Shown here: positions 39,102-48,000 of the stretch, in pieces
Numbering within the stretch: the stretch's first letter is position 1
Layout: the number at the start of each line of letters is the position of its first letter
Assembly (NCBI GenBank): GCA_013334245.1
Contig: JAAXXZ010000004.1
Coordinates: forward strand, 127-64,126
DNA: 64,000 nucleotides
From: Candidatus Moraniibacteriota bacterium
GTDB lineage: Bacteria > Patescibacteriota > Minisyncoccia > Moranbacterales > UBA1568
Direction: 5' to 3'
The notes under the pieces: generated by a model
What the model was told of the DNA's origin: nothing
Databases searched by the model: none
What the model saw: only the letters and a program-made list of their open reading frames with translations
Translations under genes and position numbers: made by a program

Positions 39102-39452
39102 ATGACCGCTTCGCCCAGATGGCTCTCGTTCGCTGCCGCAGGCATCGTCATAACGGCACTCATTATCGGCGGATGGTATGTCGTATTCAGAGATACCGAT
39201 ACGGTGAAAACCGGCTCAGTCGGCAAGGAGCGGTTTTCGGAAACGACTTCGGAAACAACTCCCTCATCCGCTGTTTCCTCCGAGTCGGAACCGCAGGAGA
39301 AGGAGCTCCCGGCGAAAAGTACCGGTGTGCTCGTCGGTGCGACGGCAAGCCATGATGAGTCCGACGATTTTTCCCGAGGAACACAGGAGGACGATGATGA
39401 GATCGATACCGATGACAGTATCTCCGTCGATGTGGAGACCGAGGAAGAATAG
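39102..39452 (+). CDS. Single-TM protein with acidic tail
   Basis: N-terminal TM, S/T/E/D-rich remainder. Confidence 0.65.
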   Translation: MTASPRWLSFAAAGIVITALIIGGWYVVFRDTDTVKTGSVGKERFSETTSETTPSSAVSSESEPQEKELPAKSTGVLVGATASHDESDDFSRGTQEDDDEIDTDDSISVDVETEEE

Positions 39453-39699
39453 CGGATAGGACTTTTTCGTGGTTCCTGACGACGATACCGAGCCTCTTTT
39501 TCTCAGGATAAGAAGGGGTCGGTATCGTTATAAATGGCGGGTCCGGAGAGGGTGTCAGAAAATTTTTTTCTTGTCGCCGAGAGGCGATAGCACGACGCGC
39601 CTGCCCGTAAACGGGTTGGCGTTTTTCAAAAACCCCTAAATTCTTAGTAATCCTTGCCTTTTCGCCCCAGAGGGGTATGGTGGAGGTGTTAGTATCAGT

Positions 39700-39724
39700 A
39701 AAAAGGTACCTGATCCCTTTTCTG
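39700..39724. repeat. Left inverted repeat of helicase cassette
   Basis: Reverse complement CAGAAAAGGGATCAGGTACCTTTTT matches 42530-42554 at 22/25. Confidence 0.8.
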
Positions 39725-39733
39725 CTAAGCAAT

Positions 39734-42445
39734 ATGGCCACTGTATTGGACAAAATTGAAGTAATAAACGAAAAGATCAATAAGAATATTAGCATTCTTG
39801 GAAGTAGTCAGAGAGGTCTTGCATCTCAGGATATTCTTAAAAGCCTGCGTGATTTAATCGAGCATACTGCTGTTTTGATTCATGTGGGAAGTGAAGCAGA
39901 ATTCAACCGTGTTACAAAAGATGCGGGTATGTCCCACATCAAACAAGATCCAGGTAGGTATAGTTTTTTGTACAGATTTCACGACAGAATACAGCTAGCC
40001 TTGTCTCACTATGAGCCAAATGAGAGTGACGCGGAAATGCTTATGCTGGGCTACATGCACGACTTGTTTCTAGTAAAAAAATTTTACATTGAAAACTACA
40101 AACATAGCCTATTGCAGGAGTTGCGGAATTATCCGCTAAACCTTGATCCTGGTTTGTCGGAATACTACAAGGCGGTAATTGAAAAACTAAATAATGGTGA
40201 ATATGAAAAAGAGGCAGATAGAGCTGATTTTTACATTGATAGAGTAAAGCCTTTAATTATTGATGACGAACTGTATTACGAAGTAACCTTTCGTCCTGCG
40301 ACAAACAATTTTGCAAAGTTCAATAAAACAGTTGCCTTTACAAGGCAGAGAATTACAACAAATTACGCCCTCCGACTTAGATTGGCACGTACCCAAATAA
40401 ATGTATTTGACACTAAATCGCGCGCTTTGATTATTTTGGATTACGAAATATCGATACGACCTTGTGAGATACAACACCTTGGGATGATATTTGATCGAGG
40501 CTTTACATTCAATAGCAGAGACAAAGAGTACCAGAATTTAATGAGCGCTCTTAAGGTGAGTCAACTTACACTTTTGGAAATAGCCATTTTGTCCGAGGAG
40601 AGGTATGAAAAGTTTAAGCAGTATATAAGTGCTGGTACGAGTTCTGTAAACATCAAAAATGTCATTGAAAAATGTCGACAGGTAATTTTGAATAACAACG
40701 ACGGTGCAAATATACTCAGGTATCTCCTTACCAACCTAAACAATGTTGTATTAAAGAAACAACTCTTTCAAGAACCATGCGGTATTCTTTCCAATCTATA
40801 CTTGAAAAATAGTTGCAAAGTATTCGATACCATGCCTTTTTGCTCATCGTTGAAGGAACACAATCCAACGAAACTTTCATTAATCAATTGCATATCTCCA
40901 GAGGGCAGGCATCATGAATTTTTGGCAAGGCGCGTGAATCAAAACACAAGAACTCGGAAAATTCTCTATACTCCGTTAGATGAAGTTGAAAAAGTTTATG
41001 CTGTAGACAAGGAGATTGAGACCTTCAATTCAAAAGTGTGGTGGGGACATAAACCTAAGCGATTACTAAGAAAATACTCTAAATATATATACGAGCATGG
41101 TGCAGAGAGTGATTGTTACGAAATATATACCAAATTATTAAGTTTTACCGATTCTTGTATTAAAGACTATCAAACACTTATTGATTTGTGGCTTGATCAG
41201 CAAGTTGAAAATGTAATTGATTCAGAGCAGAAGAAACAGGCGCTACGGCAGCTCTTTGCTAAATCTAGCGTAGCTCTGATTTATGGATCAGCAGGTACAG
41301 GTAAAACAAAGATGATCGAATATATCGACAGTGTTTTTCTTGGCGAAAAGAAAGTTTTTTTATCCAACACATGGGCATCAGTGAATAACCTTAGACATAG
41401 AATTGGTGAAAGCGACAGACGTTTTTTTTCGACAGTTTCTTCCTACTTATGCCACATAGATCATTACGATGAGGCGGAAATACTTTTTATAGATGAGTGT
41501 AGTACGGTGTGTAATGACGATCTGCTGAAAGTATTAAAACATAAGAAGTTTAAGAAAATTGTGCTAGTTGGTGATGTGTACCAAATTGAAGCAATAGATT
41601 TTGGAAATTGGTTTTATCTCTGTAAGAATTTATTGCCCGAGCATTGTATTTTTGAACTAGATGACACACATCGAACTAAGAAAGAAGATCTGAAATTATA
41701 CTGGTCAGCTGTTCGGAATGCTGTTTATGAGGTTCGTGAAATTGCATCCAGAGGACAATTCTCTCAGCCAATCGACCAATTTATAAAAAGTTACAAAGAT
41801 AGCGAAGATCAAATTGTACTGTGTTTAAATTATGATGGATTGTACGGAATTAACAATTTAAACAAATTACTACAAGAAAAAAACCCAAATGAGGGAATAG
41901 ATTGGGGAAGTGTTCATACATATAAAGCTGGAGATCCGATTATTTTCACTGAGACATCGAAATATGCTCCTGTTTTGTACAACAATCTAAAAGGACGTAT
42001 AACAAAAATTACTGCTAGTAGTGACGAAATACAATTTGAAATAATAATTGATTATTCGCCCAACCCGTTTGATGCGCAGAGTCGCGGTATTAAATTTTTA
42101 GAAAATCTTCCAGAGGGAAAGTCCAAGATAGGTTTATCCGTCAGCAAACTAGAGAATGTCGATGAAGATTTAGATGATTCTGACAGATTAGTTCCATTCC
42201 AAGTATCCTATGCCACGTCTATTCATAAGGCTCAGGGTTTAGAGTATAAAACTGTAAAGCTTGTTTTTGTTGATGAAGTTCAAGATATGGTTACTCATAG
42301 CATCTTTTACACAGCTATAACCAGAGCAAAGGAAAGGTTAGAGATATATTGGTCGCCTGAAACTGCAAGCAAGGTATATGAGCGCATTAAATCAAATTTA
42401 AACAAAAAAGATGCGTGCATTTTTAAAAGCAAATTTAAGCTATAG
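39734..42445 (+). CDS. AT-rich SF1 (RecD-like) helicase with long uncharacterised N-terminus
   Basis: GSAGTGKT, FIDECS, LVGDVYQ, SIHKAQGLEY, YTAITRA. Confidence 0.88.
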   Translation: MATVLDKIEVINEKINKNISILGSSQRGLASQDILKSLRDLIEHTAVLIHVGSEAEFNRVTKDAGMSHIKQDPGRYSFLYRFHDRIQLALSHYEPNESDAEMLMLGYMHDLFLVKKFYIENYKHSLLQELRNYPLNLDPGLSEYYKAVIEKLNNGEYEKEADRADFYIDRVKPLIIDDELYYEVTFRPATNNFAKFNKTVAFTRQRITTNYALRLRLARTQINVFDTKSRALIILDYEISIRPCEIQHLGMIFDRGFTFNSRDKEYQNLMSALKVSQLTLLEIAILSEERYEKFKQYISAGTSSVNIKNVIEKCRQVILNNNDGANILRYLLTNLNNVVLKKQLFQEPCGILSNLYLKNSCKVFDTMPFCSSLKEHNPTKLSLINCISPEGRHHEFLARRVNQNTRTRKILYTPLDEVEKVYAVDKEIETFNSKVWWGHKPKRLLRKYSKYIYEHGAESDCYEIYTKLLSFTDSCIKDYQTLIDLWLDQQVENVIDSEQKKQALRQLFAKSSVALIYGSAGTGKTKMIEYIDSVFLGEKKVFLSNTWASVNNLRHRIGESDRRFFSTVSSYLCHIDHYDEAEILFIDECSTVCNDDLLKVLKHKKFKKIVLVGDVYQIEAIDFGNWFYLCKNLLPEHCIFELDDTHRTKKEDLKLYWSAVRNAVYEVREIASRGQFSQPIDQFIKSYKDSEDQIVLCLNYDGLYGINNLNKLLQEKNPNEGIDWGSVHTYKAGDPIIFTETSKYAPVLYNNLKGRITKITASSDEIQFEIIIDYSPNPFDAQSRGIKFLENLPEGKSKIGLSVSKLENVDEDLDDSDRLVPFQVSYATSIHKAQGLEYKTVKLVFVDEVQDMVTHSIFYTAITRAKERLEIYWSPETASKVYERIKSNLNKKDACIFKSKFKL

Positions 42446-42529
42446 TAGAAACTTACGACATTAACATGAGTTACACAAAATCATTTTAAAAAATTGCACC
42501 AACAGCTTTTTAAAAATGAAGCGGAGAGT

Positions 42530-42554
42530 CAGAAAAGGGGTCAGGCACTTTTTT
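42530..42554. repeat. Right inverted repeat of helicase cassette
   Basis: CAGAAAAGGGGTCAGGCACTTTTTT. Confidence 0.8.
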
Positions 42555-42624
42555 ATTCTCATCATTGATCTAATCAATTGAAATAATTTTCCAATGAGTT
42601 GTTGAGGCGATGCGGATGCGTTTT

Positions 42625-42715
42625 CCCTCAACCCAGCCCTTTCCCAACGGGAGAGGAGGTACAAGGTCGGTTTTCTGATATTGGGGCAAAGATTCCCGTT
42701 TCCACGGGAATGACA
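42625..42715. repeat. Two REP-like palindromes
   Basis: CCCTCAACCCAGCCCTTTCCC-aac-GGGAGAGG; GATTCCC-N8-GGGAATGAC. Confidence 0.6.
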
Positions 42716-42830
42716 AAAACTGAATCGGATTCGAGAGTCGGAATATTGGAAGATGTGGTGTCGAATTGCCGAATTACCGATCTGTTATTATTCCGGTAGA
42801 TTGATTTCGATATCCTGAAATGAAAACGTT

Positions 42831-43445
42831 ATGGATCTCGATGACATCATACGACGCATGCGGTCCTCACACGGCATTCTCTATATCCTGTGCGGTCTTC
42901 CGTATTCCGGAAAGACGTATGCGGCTCGGAAGATCCTCGATGCCGTCCCGTGCGTGTACGTGAGCGTGGACGATATCCTGGAAGCGCTCGGGTATGACTG
43001 GAACGCGGGAAAACTGCCCGACGAAAAGGGATGGGAATCGGTCATGGATATCTCGTATCGACGGACCCGTGAAGCCCTCTGGGATTCCAAGAACGTGCTG
43101 TACGATTCGACGAATCACACGAAAATCAGTCGTGACGAGCTGCGGAAGGTCGCGGACGATGCGGGTGCCGGTTCGCGGGTGGTGTTTGTCGATGCGCCGG
43201 CCGGGGTTGTGAGGCGACGCTGGGAGGAAAACAAGACCAGCAGGAAACGATTCGTTTTAAGCGAAGAGCTTCTAGACATGACCATCGACGCTTTGGAAGT
43301 TCCCGGATCGGACGAAGATCCATGGATCGTGGCTCGATGGTATGATCCGTATCCAGGGGGCGGGGACCGTGCGTGGGGCGGAATGTACCCCATGTTTTTC
43401 TCCGCTTTCGTAAACGGTGGCTTTATAGTAAGCTTGACGCAGTGA
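42831..43445 (+). CDS. AAA_33 family P-loop kinase
   Basis: CGLPYSGKT, YDSTN. Confidence 0.85.
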   Translation: MDLDDIIRRMRSSHGILYILCGLPYSGKTYAARKILDAVPCVYVSVDDILEALGYDWNAGKLPDEKGWESVMDISYRRTREALWDSKNVLYDSTNHTKISRDELRKVADDAGAGSRVVFVDAPAGVVRRRWEENKTSRKRFVLSEELLDMTIDALEVPGSDEDPWIVARWYDPYPGGGDRAWGGMYPMFFSAFVNGGFIVSLTQ

Positions 43446-43461
43446 ACGAACCCTTCCGCTT

Positions 43462-44850
43462 ATGACCGACAAGTCGATAAATCATCCCGAAAAGAAAGGG
43501 AACGGCATCCTCCGGGGGTTGAGCAAGACCGAGCACATCGCGCTCAATATCTTCAAAACCATGCTGAGCCGGAAGCGGTTCAACCGGTTTCTGCATATCC
43601 TGGGACCCGGACTGGTGACCGGTGCCGCCGACGACGACCCATCCGGAATTGCGACCTATTCGCAGGCGGGTGCAGGGAACGGACTCGGGCTCCTGTGGGC
43701 GTTCCCGCTCATGTATCCGTTTCTCCTGGCCGTGCAGGAAAGCTGCTCCCGTATCGGGGCCATCACCGGCAAGGGCCTTGCGGCAGTCATCAAGGAGCAT
43801 TACGGACGGCCGCTCCTGGTCATGTCGGTCGGATTGGTGGTCGTCGCGAATACGGTCAATATCGGTGCGGATCTCGGCGCGATGGCCGCGACAACGCAAC
43901 TCTTCGTAAATATCCCGTTCGCGCTCCTGGCGATCTTCTATGCCGTCGTCATCGTCTTGCTGGTCATTTTCGTCAGTTACAAGCAGTATGCGAAACTGTT
44001 GAAGTGGCTCGCCTTGGCATTGTTTTCCTATCCTATCGCGGCATTCATGGTCGGACAGGACTGGATGGACGTGTTCCGGAACACGTTCACCCTGACCCCG
44101 AGAATTGATTTCGAAACCATGTACCTGTTCGTGGGCATGCTTGGGACGACCATTTCTCCCTATCTCTTCTTCTGGGACACGTCGGAAGTCGTCGAAGAGG
44201 AGATCGCGAATCACAACCGTTCCAAGATCGGCGAGGACCCGAAGCGAACCAAGCGGTTTCTGCACAACCTTCGCGTCGACAATTTCGTCGGTATGACGCT
44301 CGCGAGCGTGACCGCGTGGTTCATCGTGATCGCCTGCGCGTCCACCCTGCATGCGGGCGGCATTACGGAAATCAACACGGCCGCGGACGCCGCACAGGCG
44401 CTCGAACCGCTGGTCCGGAATTTCCCGAACTCCGGCTTCGTGGCGAAGCTCATCTTTTCCGTCGGTATCATCGGCCTCGGGCTTCTGGCCGTGCCGGTGC
44501 TTGCCGGTTCGTCCTCGTATGCGATTAGCGAGGCGTGCGGGCTGAAGGAAGGCCTGTATCGGAAGTTCCGGAAGGCGAAGGGTTTCTATATGATCATCAT
44601 CATCGCGACGGTCGTCGGACTGGCGATGAACTTCATCGGACTCGATCCGATCAAGGCGCTCGTCTTCACCGCCGTATTCAACGGTGTCGCCGCGGTGCCG
44701 CTCCTTTTCATGATCGCCAAGGTCGGCAACAACGCGGACATCATGGGCGAATACAAAAACGGCCGCGTCTCGAACGTGTTCGTCCGGCTTGCCTTCGCCA
44801 TCATGACGCTCGCGACGCTGGTCCTGTTCTACTCGTTTTTCCGAGCGTAA
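43462..44850 (+). CDS. Nramp-family divalent cation transporter
   Basis: LGPGLVTGAADDDPSGIATYSQAG, GTTISPYLFFW. Confidence 0.92.
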   Translation: MTDKSINHPEKKGNGILRGLSKTEHIALNIFKTMLSRKRFNRFLHILGPGLVTGAADDDPSGIATYSQAGAGNGLGLLWAFPLMYPFLLAVQESCSRIGAITGKGLAAVIKEHYGRPLLVMSVGLVVVANTVNIGADLGAMAATTQLFVNIPFALLAIFYAVVIVLLVIFVSYKQYAKLLKWLALALFSYPIAAFMVGQDWMDVFRNTFTLTPRIDFETMYLFVGMLGTTISPYLFFWDTSEVVEEEIANHNRSKIGEDPKRTKRFLHNLRVDNFVGMTLASVTAWFIVIACASTLHAGGITEINTAADAAQALEPLVRNFPNSGFVAKLIFSVGIIGLGLLAVPVLAGSSSYAISEACGLKEGLYRKFRKAKGFYMIIIIATVVGLAMNFIGLDPIKALVFTAVFNGVAAVPLLFMIAKVGNNADIMGEYKNGRVSNVFVRLAFAIMTLATLVLFYSFFRA

Positions 44851-45021
44851 TAAGCACTTCGAATTGGGATAATGCCCTTTGGTTTTTTCTTTCGATATGA
44901 TTACGTCAGAATGGATAAGTGGGGTCTGCTGTCTGTCATGAAAAAATGGTTTTTGCTTTCTTGTCTCCCGAAGACGGTATATACTAGGGTAGATTTCCGA
45001 TTGACTGTGCCGTTCCTGCGT

Positions 45022-48000
45022 ATGAAGATAAACCGAGTCGTCTTAGTTCCGATTTTACTGGGTGGGTTGTTCATGTTTTCGTGCTCCGCTTCGGCGGCAA
45101 CGTTATGGGAAGACACCTTCGATCGCGCCGATGGTGCGGTGGGGAACGGGTGGGTCGGAACGGGTGACACCACAGCCGAAATTTCCAGCAACGCTCTTCA
45201 TAGGACCTCTTCCGACGGGTATACTATCTATTATAATCCAGCCGGTGGCACGCTTCCGGCAGATTATTATATTACGGTTACATTGCCGAATTCTCAAATC
45301 AGGAGTCATTTTTGGGGGATTATTGGAAGATATCTTCCGCCGGGTTCAGGCATGGGAAGCGGTAATAAGATTTTTTGGACCGATCAAGGCTTTATGTCAT
45401 CGGGTGTCGGAAATGCCGAGTATGAGAACAATTTTTCTTTGACGATGACAGGCGGATATCCGGAAAGCTGGTCGCTTGATCAGGATCATTCCGTGACTCT
45501 CCATTATCAGGATTCGAGGGTCACGGCCTATCTCGATGGGGAAGAATTGGGCTATTTTACAGACACAACGAATGATCAGGTCGGAACTGGAGTCGGGTTT
45601 GTTGGTGACAATGGAACCTTCCGTGATATTCGCGTGACTGATGATCTTCCAAAATATCTCCCGTTTGGGTCGGATGCGGTGGACCCGATCGTTTCAAATA
45701 TCTTCTCGACGACCACGGAGTCCGACGCGACAATTGTGTGGAATACGGATGAATTGACCCAGGTGACGATCGAATATGGCCTTACCGACGCATATGGAAG
45801 TTCCGTTTCCACCGAGGCCTGGACAACCAATCACTTGATGACGGTTAGCGGGCTCTCTGCTGGAACGACTTATCACTACCGCATCGTCTCGAACGATTTC
45901 GCCGGTAACGTAGCCGAGTCCTCAGACTATATATTATCAACGATAGCTTCCGGAGACGTGTATTGGACTGATGATTTTCATCGGGAATATGGTGCCGTGG
46001 AAAACGGATGGGTCGGTGTCAATTCGGCGGTTGGCCTCATTTCAAATGATATCTTGGAACGAACCGACGAATATCAATACCGGATTCTTTATAACCCAGC
46101 TGGTGGAGCTTTGCCGCAAAATTATTATCTGACGATGTTCGTTCCGCAGTCGACACTGGATGGAACTTTTTGGGGACTTATTGGCCGGTATTTTTCACCC
46201 GGTTCTGGTATGGGTACCGGAAACAAGGTGTTTTGGATGGATGGTGGAATTCAGTCGGCCGGAGTAGGAAATGCCGAGTTTGAGAATAATTTTTCTTTGA
46301 CGGTTACGGGGGGATATCCGGAAAGCTGGTCGCAAGATCGTGTGCATATGGTGACACTTGGCTATAATGGAAACACCGTTACCGTTTATCTTGACGGAGA
46401 AGAGCTCGGATATTTCACGGATACGACGAACAATCAGACTGGCACGGGAATCGGATTGGTCGGAGATGGCGGTGGTGACTTTTTTGTGCTCGGGACGAAA
46501 GTGACGCAAGCACTACCGGTTTTTTTGGCAGCCGGAGCAGAGCCGGACACAAATCCACCCACATTGTCACTGATAAGTGTCAATCCTGCCGAAACGACCG
46601 CCGCCGTTTCTTGGACGACAGATGAAGAAGCCAATTCATTTGTCGAATATGGATTGACGGACACATATGGGAACACCGCTTCTTCGGTTTCAATGACGAT
46701 GTCACATACTCTCGCACTTTCCGGGCTCACGGCTGGGACGACCTATCATTATCGTGTCGCTTCGACCGACGCTTCCAGCAATACGGCAACTTCAGAAGAT
46801 GCGACGTTTACGACCGATCCAGAAGGATCTACTCCGGAGGAAGTGGTGTTTCACACAACGGGTGCGACATTTTCCCCGATTTTGACAGTTGCGGACGGAG
46901 CCGTGATTGAATGGACTTTTCACGACGGGACTACGTCTAATTCAGCCTCGCCAACCAAAGCTTATGGGAGTACGGGAAACAGGGAAAACCGTTTGACGGT
47001 GACTCCGTGGAGTGCGCTGACCGAGGTGAATATCGGGTATGACGGAGGGGACGATGGGACGTTGCCAAATCCACACCTAGTACAACAAAATGTTACTGCG
47101 GTGGATGGTATGGAATATATGGCGCCGTATCTTCGCGTCTGGGCTTCATCGCAGAACCCCATAGCATCGCTTGATTTTTCCGATTTCATCTCCCTACGCA
47201 CCATTGAGTGTTTTCTCTGTCAGCAGATGACCTCAGTTGATCTTTCAAACACTCCATCGCTTGTCCGTGCGAATTTCGAGGATAATAACTTGCAGAGTCT
47301 CAATCTCTCGGAAAGTCCGGCTCTTGAGGATCTTCGCGGAGCGAACAATGGATATACGGAAATTGTCTGGGGGGATACCGGAGATAATGTGTGGCATATT
47401 TGCACGAGAGATAATCCTCAATTGAATGTAAATTTTCCTGATATGTCCCGATATCCACTTCTTGAGGAACTGTGGATCTGGAACGATAATCAAACTGGAA
47501 CGCTTGCTCCGACATCGTCCGCTCTCCGCTCGGTTCAGGCATTTGACAATCACTATACGGCAGCAGATTTTTCTGGGTTGTTTCCGTCCGGCCGGGCCGC
47601 CGAGGTGAATGTAAGCGGGAATGATCTGACGCATCTTGATGTTTCCGATAATCCTGGGCTTATGTGGCTTTATGCACAGGACAACGATCTTGATCAGGCG
47701 ACGGTTGATGCCGTACTCCACGATCTTGCAACGGTGCCAAACGGTCATAATTCCGGAGTGCTTGATTTGACTGGAAATGCGGAGCCATCGTTTTCAGGGC
47801 TTGATGACGTCTCCATTCTTGAAGCTCGAGGGTGGACGGTATCCGTGGACGGTGACGGTGTCCCCAGCGAGCCTATCGACATCTTGTACCTCAATACGTC
47901 TGCTGGATCTACGAGTGCGATTGTTTTTTGGAATACTACCAGGGAAGGGACATCGGTTATTGAGTATGGGACCGATACTCATTTTGGGTCGACTGTTTCT

